Assembly (NCBI GenBank): GCA_965202585.1
Contig: OZ241832.1
Span: 57,226,001 to 57,290,000, forward strand
Source: Thalia democratica
Lineage: Eukaryota
Length of the DNA stretch: 64,000 bases
Reading direction: 5' to 3'
Shown: in pieces, positions 26,133 to 37,294 of the stretch
Numbering within the stretch: position 1 is the first letter of the stretch
Layout of the letters: each line of letters starts with the position of its first letter
Notes under the pieces: generated by a model
Told to the model about the DNA's origin: nothing
The model's input: only the letters and a program-made list of their open reading frames with translations
Databases searched by the model: none
Translations under genes and position numbers: made by a program

Positions 26133-27111
26133 TTAGTTTGGAACATTGCATAAATTTTCTTGGCAACATTTGGTAGTAATGGGTATACTCCTAGAAAAAT
26201 AATAAAAAATATTATTACCATATAGAAAATTGTTTTCAAACTATTTTTGTTATTACTTATAATACTATCAACAACATATTCAAAGTGTAAACCTAATACG
26301 TTTAATAGTACATACTACTTTCAAAGTTAAAATAATGTAGCTTTTATAATTTATTTCGTAACAATTATTAGTAAGTATAAATCATGGTTAGGACAGAAAT
26401 ATTTCTTTTGCTGATTACTTTTGTAATGAACAGTTTTAATGCAGTTTACTTTTATTTATATTATTATTCCTTAACTCTTGATGGTATGTTTTATCATTTA
26501 AAAAACTGATATGTACTATACATTCAATTAATTTCTAGTATAAATATTCCGTTTTTATGTTAAATTTATTGTTTTGTTAAAATAAAAATAACTTACCCTT
26601 CTGTGATACCAGACGTTTGAACACTGTGATCGAACTGAAACAACAAAAAAGCAATTTTGCTTGCATTCAAGCTACAATAAGCTTGAGAGGTGCACATGCC
26701 TAATTTTTTTATTTGATCTAAAAAATTTAAAAAAAATTGTTAAAATTAAGTTATTCATACTATCAAACATAAGGTTTTCTCAAACTAGATTAAAACTTAT
26801 CAAAACAAATAAGCTGTTGTTATTTTTTTGTTTTAAATTTAGAACATTGTATTAAGAAAAGATGTTTAGTTGTAACAGCAGTTTTATCGTGTACATTTTA
26901 CTTGTAAAATTAACTGTTTATTGAAACTAACACTCTACTCCTCTGGACTTAAATGATCCTGAAGTTTTGACACAGTAACGTTTGTTGTCTGGACAGTCAC
27001 GCCGTCTTCCTCCACCTTGCGGTAATATACAGTCTCTGTGTAACACTCTAATGCTTTTGCATTGCTGACAAATGCAATAATTGCATAAAAACTACGTAAA
27101 ACCACTTTCAT
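26133..27111 (-). CDS. Secreted Ly6/uPAR (three-finger) domain gene, apparently frameshifted in exon 1. Exons ~27111-26932, 26699-26597, 26190-26133
   Basis: Signal peptide MKVVLRSFYAIIAFVSNAKA then LECY; a shifted frame gives DC...DCPDNKRYCVKT; exon 2 MCTSQAYC; exon 3 TTKCCQENLCN (canonical CC-x4-CN end). Confidence 0.65.
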
Positions 27112-29299
27112 CTGATCTTTATAAAATACGTACTTTAAAGCTTTTGGATGATAAAATGTATTTTTTTATTTTGACTGACTTTTTTTAGTTTTATAAACCA
27201 TACTTTCTTTCAAATATTCAATATGTACATTTTTGAGTAAACCACTTTCATTTGAAGTCAACGAATTGAAAATAAATAACAATAAATTAAGTCTGCTTAT
27301 TTATGAAACATAGTTTAAACTTTGAACTTAAGTAAAAAGTATTTTGTTAGGTTTTTTACAAATTATCTTAAAATTTTTAACACAAGTATAAAACTTTAAG
27401 TTAGTTATCATCACTAAACTAAACTTTTAAACTCTTTATTTAAACCAATATAAACGAAACCTCATAAATGGTTTGTAGACTAATAAAAAAAAAACTTCAC
27501 AATAAAATCTACCCAAACTAAATGGTTTAAACCGTAGAAAGTTTTGAATACGTTTGTGAAAATGTCAAAACTTTACTTAATTAAATTTTTCAATTGCAAT
27601 TTAGAAAGCTTTTGTTTGTATAACAAGTTATTTAACGTTTTCTTTGTTTCAAATTGAAATAAATTCCAAAGAACAACGAAGTTAAAGGAAAAATGAACTT
27701 AATAGTTTTAACTGCTAAAAACTGCATTAAAAAAACTTTTATCTATGATGTAGTACAATATATAAAATCAAAACAATATCAAAAATTCACAGAACCCAAA
27801 CTTTTAGTAGAAAAAACATCATCAAGCTATATAATAAAAAAAAGAATATAATATTGAGTTTATATCATTTTTTCCACTTCATAGTTTTAAAATAACGGCT
27901 TAGCTTAGAAAACTAATACTGTTTATGAAACTAGTTATGTTTTTAATTAACTATTTTTATAGCTAAAAATTATTTTGAGCTAGTTCGAAGTATTTTTAGA
28001 ATAGCTTGTGCTTTAAAATTGCAAAACATTAAATACTTTCAGACACTATATTTCAAATGTAAATAAGTATAAAGTAATTTATTTTTTTAAGAATGTCTGC
28101 AAAACTTAAAGAAACTTTTAAAACTACAGTTGAAAAAAGATAAACGTGTTAAAAAAAACAAAAATAATAGTTGTAACTATTTTATCATTTATATCAATTT
28201 TAAAATTCTAATCTAGTTCGTTATTTCTTACAACGTAACGTAAAAGTGTCAAAATAAAATGCTGATATGTTTTCAATGTTGCAGAATCATACATGTCAAA
28301 AAAACGTAGATCTATTCTTCACTAGAATAATCGAGTTATGTGAAAATTTTATAAACACTAACAACTCTGCTCATACTAAATGCCTAAACACAAAAAAAAC
28401 TAGTCTAAAACTAATAAAGATTAGCCATAACAACTGTAGCTTGCTTTGGTTTATTAATCAGGTTTGACTGTAATTACTAATATACGCTTAAATTAGTGAA
28501 AAATGAACATATCATAAACTTAATTATTATAGATTATATTACATACTTTATGACGAATTGTACCATTTGTTACCTGTTGCTGTTGGTATTTAAATAACTA
28601 CTCATTCACCTAATTTTTAATTGTTATGAACAAGCTTATTACTTCCGTTCTTCGAAGAATTCAAATCTTGTCTAAAAATTACCAACTTTTCGTTTGAAAC
28701 TCTAATCAAATTTAAAACCAATTAATAAAAGTTTTTATTTCCAACTTACAGTGGTAGAATCACAAAAAAATAAAGGAGATACATAAATAGAAAAATTAAA
28801 AAAGTTTTAAGTACAACAATTTATGTTTAAAAGGAATACGCTTGAGTAATTTTTAATAATAAAACAGACGCATACCACAATATCTAAATGTGCAGGTTTT
28901 GAGAAAAATAAAGCTCATTAAATATTGTAATAATTAAAACAGAATGTTACTTCTTTCAGTTCTAAATAATTTATACAACCTAAAAGTAAATCTAAACTAT
29001 ACAGATTAACTTTATCTGTAATAATAGGGACACGATCATTTTGTGTTCAAACTACTACGTTAATTAAGTGCTTATTGCCAATACTTGGATTTATTGATAT
29101 TTTTGTTAAATCAATATTCCGTTTTTTATATAAATTTGAAAGTTACTTTTTGTCAGGGTTCCAACACAAAACTTTGAATTGACTTTCCCTAAAATTATTG
29201 GTCGGCGCCCCGTTTAGTTTATAACAAGATGAAAGGACATGAACTTTAAAAAAGTTAATACTGTTTTTCATGTTAATAATAGGGTTTTTTTGAATTTTT

Positions 29300-30530
29300 A
29301 TTTTCAAAGTTACAAGTTATTTATTACATCTGGCCTAAGAAACTACTATAATGAACTTTGATTTTTATGAAACTGTAAAAAACATTTTTATTAATTTTCA
29401 GAGTGCTAACTCACTCAACTTTAAATAACTCTAACCACAATAACGCTGTTACACTCACTTTTAAGATTTTAATCAAAAATTATACTTTCTTCTTTTCAAA
29501 AATCCTTAAATGCATCAATCAAACAGTTCAATAGTGAGGAGGGATTTAAAATATTTACCAAAAACTTAAGTTTCTCTGTAATTCAGAGTTTTCAAACACC
29601 TAAACTTGGAATATTGCCTGAAAGACCGAATGCTTATCAAGTAAAAAATTCACAATTACAAGTCATGTAAAAGAACATGTTCTCAAGCTTGTTTTCAGAT
29701 CTTTTTAAGTTTTAAAACTGCTGTTTCCAAATTATAGTAATATTATAAACCAAATGCTTATTTGGATCTACTCTAGAATGACATATTTTACAAATTTTCA
29801 AGCAATTTAACTGATAAGTACTTATATATATTTACTTTTCCAAAATAGTGATTTGGCTTGACTCGTATGAGCCTTGCTTTTATGTAACCACTGAAGAAAA
29901 TCACATTTGACTTTCCTTCACCTGATTAATATGTTTTGAATTAACCAAACGTCTGGGTGAAATTTCAAGGATTCAATGAAAATTTTTATAGTTTGAAAAT
30001 AAATCTTCAGTTGAACTTTGTATTATTATTGAAGTTTATTGTCAAACGAAGGACCTAGGCATTAAAACCTAAGCCACTTAAACTGAAAGACACTTACATA
30101 AAAAGAAAAAAACAAGTTGAAGTGTTAAAATAAACATAAAACTTATACAAGGTACAAACTGAAAAAACTCAAACTTTTATAACTCAAATATTCAAACGAT
30201 TCCAAAGCTATTATATTCGAATTATATATTCCAAAACAATAGTTTGAAATAAGCACATCTTTTCGGAATTTTTCAGAACCTGGCTCGAAATTATAGGAAC
30301 TATCTTGAAGATATAAGTCAACCATTCTTCATAAAACAATAAATTTGAAAACGGAATTTATTTCTAACTTAAGATAGAAATTTTCATCTTGTAGAACATT
30401 GATCTCAACAATTATTCGTTTCCTTTTCAAAGTTCTACCACGGCAAATTTAGTTAAAAATTACTTCAAATATGTGGTAGCAAAAATTTACAATTTTAGCA
30501 TATATAGTTATTTGCCTTAACTAAAAAAGA
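29300..30530 (-). mobile_element. Highly decayed non-LTR retrotransposon (LINE-like) fragments
   Basis: A ~70-bp segment at 30030-30105 recurs at ~52528-52605 and reads on the minus strand as a tail ending ...GACAATAAACTT. Nearby frames are stop-riddled with only vague RT-like character. Confidence 0.35.
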
Positions 30531-31767
30531 ATGCTCAATTTACTGGGATGTAAAGAGCTTATTTAAATAGATTTATGCAAATTACATACTTTATTCTCGA
30601 CCGGTTTCGAATTGAACCGGTTGACGAAACCGGTCACAAATAGAATATATAATCTTCATAAACCTATTTAAACCTAGCTTACAAATCAACTGAGCATCCA
30701 ATAATTTTAGAATCTAAAGCCCCAAGCACATTAACAATAGACCGACCAAAAAATCAAAAAGTACTTAAGATCTATAAGGGGAAGGTGTTGCTTACAAATC
30801 AAACTACTAATAAACTAGATACCACAGCCTAAATTAATGGTTAAAGAGATGAAAAAAACTAATTACTTAAACTATTTTACATATTTTTTTAACTTTAATC
30901 GAAAATGTTCAAGTTTTTTGCAAAAACACTAGTTATTTAGAAGTTCGTTCCACATTTTTACCGAACGAAGGAAAAAATGTTTTTTTTTGTGTACTAAGCA
31001 GCTACAACAACACAGGTTCTAGAATTACCAACTTAAACATTCAAACTTATTTATAAAAAATATACTAATTTTAGTTGATTATTCTTATAATTTAAATCTA
31101 ACTTTTCTTATTCTTTCCATCAAACATATGTTTTAAATATTTTCATTAGGTTGATAACAACTCAAGATGTAGCTATAACTTAATGATTAAACATTAGTAT
31201 TATGTAATATTATCAAGGAAAATTTTTTAAATATTAGAACTCTGACTGAAAATAGTAATAAATTTACATTTTTTCTTTTATTCTACTATCATTACAAATT
31301 AATCAAAAGCCCAGAAAATTGTTTGTAACATGTTAGAATTTTTTCTTCAAAATTTGTATTTTGTTCTTAAGACAAGCTAAAAGCTTTAATAAGCAATACT
31401 AAAAAGATGATTTTTAATACTAAACAAAAACATAATACTCTATTCTATTAGAGTTAAGATATCAACACTAATTACATTAGTTTTTCTGATAAAAAGAGGT
31501 AATTTAATAGCAAACCAATCAAGTTTTAATTAACTAAAGTATATTTTATGATCAGAAACGAAACGAGTACAAAATAAAAGTTCTGTGTGGAAATCTTACC
31601 AATAAAAGTGAAAAATTAAAAAAAAAAACTAATTGTACATAAGTTTTCCTCAAGATAAAAGAACATATAACGATAATAACAAACATATTTATTTAAAATG
31701 TAACGAATTTTTTTTACTTAAATTGAAAAAAAAATAAGTTAATCTTTTGTTGAGCACGAAACAGCAT

Positions 31768-31773
31768 TTTATT
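31768..31773 (-). terminator. AATAAA polyadenylation signal of SELENOF
   Basis: Minus-strand AATAAA ~55 nt downstream of the SECIS. Confidence 0.55.
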
Positions 31774-31811
31774 GCAACCAAAACAAAAACTTGCCAGGAA
31801 AAACTTTCTAT

Positions 31812-31890
31812 TTTGCATTTAATTAAAACATCCAACGCCAGGCACCTACGTAAGGTTTAGCCTGACGTCATCATACGCTAAAGACAAACA
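31812..31890 (-). ncRNA. SECIS element (form II) in SELENOF 3' UTR; core 31830-31874
   Basis: Minus strand AUGA-U-GACGUCAGGC-U-AAA-CC-UUACGUA-GG-U-GCCUGGCGUU-G-GA-U. It has a 10-bp helix II, 12 nt from AUGA to AAA, an apical ministem, and helix I UUUGUCUUUAG/UUAAAUGCAAA (10 of 11 pairs). Confidence 0.92.
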
Positions 31891-32296
31891 AGTATGTATA
31901 TATATACTACGAAAGTTTTGTGACGTCACAATCAAGATAGAAGGTCTTCACCCCCGAGAAGACACATCTAATATTGTAACGACTTTCCTGGTAATCTTAT
32001 CAGTGGCGAACAAATAGGCCGTTTGTGTTCAAGTAAATAATATTTTAAATAATAGACGGAAATACACAATAAATATGATGTAAAATAACAAATTGCAGAT
32101 ACTTTTTGATATAAAAAAATTGTAAAAGCTTTTTGTTATAAAAACCTTACCTTTAAAAACATTAAAAAAAAATTTACTATTATTAGTCTTGAAACAAAAA
32201 ACTCTCTAAGTTATAAAGTAGAATGAAGAAACAAGTTTATGTTTGAAATATAGTATTTTGAGAATTGATAAGTTATAAGTAATAATAAATAGATGA

Positions 32297-35200
32297 TTAC
32301 AAAAGTTTTTCTCTGAAGAACTCCTCAATGTTATCAGTGTCCCACTTTTCAACTGATAAAGTTTCCTGAACTGATTTGTTTTCATCCAGCAATTTCACAG
32401 TGGGATCCATACCACGTTTGTACTGATAAATAATTAGTTGAGATAAAGAAATTGTTGAAATATCTAATTTTAGATTTTCATTACAGATAATAAAACTTGA
32501 AAAGATGATATAAGGATATTTAACTATTAAAGAAAAAGCTTTAAAAGGTGGATTTCAGAGAGTGTGATTTTCTAACTTTGAGAAAATGAACGCTGATCAA
32601 AAATATTTGGTAAACCATCAGTAGAATGTTTTTATGTTTTAATCAGAAAGTCAGCTTATTTAGAGGAAATTTAATTTTTATTTCAAGATTAAGACACTTT
32701 TTTTCACTAAATTTAAAAAAATGGTAAAAAGATTTGTTTTCATTAACACAGAACTAAAGTTGTTTGTTAAACCGTTTATTATATAAGCCAGACAAGGTTT
32801 TGTTTTTGAATAATTTGTTTTTTATCAGTTATTAGTTTTAAAATGTTTATCAACAGATATTAGTTATTATATATAAATAAGTTTAGTTACAAGAAAAATC
32901 ATAGTGTTATGTCCTTATTTAAGCAAACTCTCAATAAATAGTTAAAACAAAAATCTAAAAACTATCACAAAATTAAGTAAAAAACTTTTTTTTTGGAAAC
33001 TTAGACTTTTTTATTCAAATAAGCTTATATATTGGTTATTATATGTATCATTATTTTTCAAAATTTCAACTAGTATTTTAAAAGTTTTTGAAAGAAGTTA
33101 AAAGCATACGATGTTTATACAAACAAATAAATAAAATAACTTACTTGAATTTTTAAGTTTGAGAAAGCTTTTGCTTTATCACTCTTAATGAAAGCTGAAA
33201 AAAAAAACTGAATTAGTTCAAATAAAAACACTTGTTTTAAATTGAAGTTTTATAAACAAATATTTAAAAAAGCTTCCGAGCTTCGAATTTGTTCATATGA
33301 AAAATATTAGTCAACTTTAAGTAGTAGATAAATTTAATCTACATTTTAAATTCTATTGAGTCTTAAAGCTTCTAATTTACTACAATGAAATTTTTGAATA
33401 ATTCAAAAACTTTGTATTACTATTTTATTCTAGTAATTATATAAAAAACAACCTTGGACTTGGGGGTAACGTCCTAATTTTCATTGACACACTTCTAAAA
33501 TCGCTCCGAAAAATTTCTACATAAAATTAAATAACCGTCACCAAAAAACACCAAAACTAACCAGTTATACTAACTAAAAGTAAATAAAATATTTTAAAAA
33601 CTTAAAAAGTTTTAAAAAGATGAAAGCATTGTTTTACAAAAAGAAAAAAAAAGTTTTATTTAACTTGACATAAATTATACTTCTAACATTTAAAGTTACT
33701 CAATACTTAAAAGTAACAATTTTTAAAATTAACAATTTAAAAGTCTATTCAAAATTGCTTCAATATCTTTTAAAAATAATGCTTTTAAATATTCAAAATT
33801 AGTCTAAAATAGATTTATTAATCAGTATCAAAACTAAGTTCATCATACTAGTTATAAACTAATTTATTTACATAAGAGTTTTTTCAGGCTAAACCTAGTT
33901 TGTGTGTAAAAGTTTTTTATTAAAATATAAATTAATATTTAATTACTTTTAGTTATGAAATGACGATGGAAGTTTTAAAAACTTTTAACATTTTACTTAA
34001 AACCAATTTTCAAACAAATGTAACTATAACTATAATTTACCCATCATATTATAAACAACGATTTAAAAGTTAATTTCTTAACTACTGTATTAAAGTTATT
34101 TTGCTAAATTTAGACCAATTACTTTTAGCTTTAAAAAATTGAATTTTAAAAGTGTTAAACTTCTTAATCATATTTTACAAGCTTAAAGTTTTTAAATTAT
34201 GCATATAACATTCAAGTAGCAGTAAAACAAACTATTAATATGAAAAACTTGTTAGCTGAAATAAAACATAAGTTTTCAAACAACTACCTACGCGTAATTT
34301 TATTACCCAAGTTAAAATCAAAACAGCATGTGCTTACAAATGTTTTTTTTTCTATTTAATTTAAGTTGTTTTTATTATAAGAAAAGAAAAACTATCACTT
34401 CTAAAGTAGAAACAACAAGAAATATGAGCAGTGCACCTTAAACACAACTACTGGAGCTCATAGAAAAAGCGAATATGCAGTTACCCTGTTTGTTCAGTAT
34501 TATCAAACACAAATAAATACCACATTTAGAATTTTGCTATGCTACTAATAAAACCCAAATAAATACCATTTTGATATTTGTGCTACTAATAAACAAATAA
34601 ATACCATAGTGATATTTATTTTACTAATATATAGACAAAATAAATACCACACTGATATTTATGCAACTAATAAACCCAACTAAATACCACACTGATATTT
34701 ATGCAACTAATAAACCCAACTAAATACCACACTGATATTTATGCTGCTAATACAACCCAAATAAATACCACACTGATATTTATGCTGCTAATACAACCCA
34801 AATAAATACCACACTGATATTTATGCTACTAATATAACAGAAGCAAATACCACACTGATATTTATGCTACTAATATAACAGAAGCAAATACCACACTGAT
34901 ATTTATGCTACTAAAAAATTAACCAAAATAAATACCACACTAATATACAACCTGCAACTTGGGGGTATTTACGAAACTGTCAGTCGCACATTTCTAATAT
35001 TCCGTATGGATACTGAACATATTTGTTATTAATTTATTCAATACTTGTTACAATTAGTCTTCAAATTTATCATAACCACTACATTGTAAACATTAACTTA
35101 AAAACAAAAAAAGTTTAAGATTTTGAGTAAATTCTGAATAAGTTTGATGCATCAAAGCTAAAGGGGTGTAACATTTTATTTTTTAAGTATAAAAATTAGC

Positions 35201-36861
35201 CCTTACAAGAAAGTTGTATGTTCTATTTTTTCCTACTTCTTAAAATAATATTAAAACAAATTTAATATACTTGCTCAAAATCAATTATTAATTTATACAA
35301 TATTAGAGTTTAAACTTTTAGCCTCAGGAAAACTTAATCTTGAAAACATTAATATGACGAAAATTATTATAAATACCTTTAATTTGTATATCTGTCCTCC
35401 TAATAGTAAGAAAAAACGAGTTTTAAAAATAATTTTAAAGTGTATTTAAAAAAAAACTATTTAACAACTATTTCAATATCAAAAAAACAACCTTTTACAA
35501 TACTTCACACCAGATTTAAAAACCAGAATGATATGACTATAAAATTTACTTTAAGGAATACAAATATTGTGTTTACAAAAATTTATAAACTTTTTGACAA
35601 CAATTTTCCATAATAAGCCATTATAAATCACTGAAGTCAAACAAAAATCAACAAACTTTGACGCCGGAGTCGTCTTCATCTTTCTCGCAGCACTCATCAC
35701 ACGAATCTTGCATCTCTGTCAGGTCGAACTGTTTCAGTTTGGTGCACGATGAGCACACCAAACCATCAGTGAACCCCAGCTTGCTGCACTCATCAGGTGA
35801 TAATTTGCCGTGGCAACTTGATACCTGGTAAGTTGTTTGTTTAAACAAATTAAAAATTCTCATATTTAACTTATAACAGTCATGAGTAGTAATATTTGGC
35901 TGAACGCCTGGGCAGTTATGGCAACTATTCTGTTAAGTGAACCTTATTATGCCATATTTTACATGTATTCTCAAAGGAGGCTTGATAATGTTAAAAATGT
36001 TTGATTATAAAATTTGGCCATGTGTATCTTATCATTCACAAACACCCTAACTTTTTTTGTCTGCTTGGTTTTTATAGTATGAAAATTTTAGTTGTGAATG
36101 GTTTGTTGCAAATAACATTTCATTTAAAATAGCAGAAACATTGTGATACTAAACTTTTTTCTTATCGATCAAATTTGAAAATTGTCATAGATTTTTATCA
36201 CATTTAGCAAGTTTGATCATTTTGTTTTTCAATGATGGTCTGTTGTCAAAAGAAAAAGTTCAAACAGAAATTATCAAAAAGATTTATGGCATATACTTTA
36301 GTATAAGCGATAAAAAAGCCTATGTTATAACAAAATCTATGTTATAACAAAATGCTTTAAATATAAGCTATTTTTAATATAAACGGAAAAAATGCTACTT
36401 CAATTTATTCACAAAGTACTCTGCTTTTTTAGTAACACAACTCCTTAACACAATTGAAGTAAAATGTCACACTTATTAGGAATGTAAATAATATTATTTT
36501 AGAATATTACTTTCATAAAATATTACTAAATAAATAAAAATTAAACTTGAATAAAATTTAAAACATTAAACAATGGATAGTATAAGTAATGCTAGCTTTT
36601 AAATAAATGTTATAAATTACAAACCATCAATAGAAGTTAAGTTAAAAATTCTAAAATAAACAATATTCTTTAACAAGATTGTAAAAAAAGTGTCAAACTT
36701 AATCATTATTTTACAATTTAAAACAAGATTTAAACAATTTTGAATGTATTTAGAACAATTATAATAAATAAACAACTAACCGATATCGAAAGCAGGTACA
36801 CAATAGACAGGATTGAAACTTGGAACAAGTTCGACCTGTCTGATTTCAAACGACTTCTCAT
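32297..36861 (-). CDS. SELENOF: Selenoprotein F (Sep15). Exons 36861-36781, 35824-35657, [35012-34952 OR 33516-33453], 33194-33145, 32422-32297
   Basis: Signal peptide MRSRLKSDRSNLFQVSILSIVYLLSISVSSCHG; Cys-rich domain ECSKLGF...CSSC...CDECC; AILEVCQ(TGA)KLGRYPQVQAFIKSDK; YKRGMDPTVKLLDE...EKWDTDNIEEFFREKLL*; downstream SECIS. Confidence 0.97.
33453..33516 (-). CDS. SELENOF: SELENOF Sec exon B (64 nt): KFFGAILEVCQ-U-KLGRYPQVQ, TGA at 33481-33483
   Basis: TAG|AAA...CAAG|GTTGTT; phase 0 in, phase 1 out, matching the flanking exons. Confidence 0.95.
34505..34942. repeat. Intronic minisatellite, ~11 copies of a ~39-42-bp unit (AAATACCACACTGATATTTATGCTACTAAT...)
   Basis: Directly visible, starting immediately after the donor of Sec exon A. 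Confidence 0.9.
34952..35012 (-). CDS. SELENOF: SELENOF alternative Sec exon A (61 nt): YPYGILEMCD-U-QFRKYPQVA, TGA at 34980-34982
   Basis: CAG|TAT...GCAG|GTTGTA; same phases as exon B; aligns to it without gaps with Cys and TGA in register. Confidence 0.85.
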
Positions 36862-37294
36862 GGAAAGTTGTTTTATTTAAACTGAAAATAAAACAGTAAA
36901 TTTCATTGAAACTAGTAATAAGTTAGCTAAATGTCTAAACTACATGTACACATTTAAAATTGACTAAAAACATAAACTAAATAAATACAAACTTATTAAC
37001 TAAACTAAGCTCTTGAAGAGTCTACCATATAGTCAGCTTTTAATTCTAGTACAATTAGATTGATATAATACTATTTTAAATAAAAATATATGATAATGAA
37101 ATAAGCAAAATTGTATTTTATGTAAACAGTTCAAATATTTTAGTTAAATAAATTTAAATAGAATTTAACAGATTTTAGTTTAATTAACTTATATAACTTT
37201 AATAAAGTTATTGTAAACAAAAAATCAATATTTGTAGCTTTTAAACAGCCATCAAGTCATTCTTCCAACAATCCACACCAAACCGACAACATCC

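Noticed and set aside
31878-32149. 3' UTR intron (AAG|GTAAGG ... TTTGTCTTTAG|) that would assemble the SECIS by splicing
   Set aside because: The pyrimidine-rich tract is already explained as SECIS helix I (10 of 11 pairs unspliced), and an intron ~150 nt past the stop would invite NMD. Only RNA-seq could revive it.
34420-34500. Possible third SELENOF Sec exon
   Set aside because: No ILE.C-X-TGA or YPQV similarity in any frame examined.
25497-35949. Stop-codon reassignment (TAA read as Gln), suggested by ATG GCA TAA TAA in SELENOF and in-frame TAAs around the mucin
   Set aside because: TAA ends SELENOF, MFSD6-like and liprin-beta at natural positions. Conserved exons use CAA/CAG for Gln with no internal TAR. 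A proper SELENOF first exon exists at 36861-36781.
35960-36260. Stop-poor frame upstream of SELENOF exon 1b (...NVSAILNEMLFATN...)
   Set aside because: Needs a frameshift, contains stops and matches nothing I recognise; could be chance or an unidentifiable relic.
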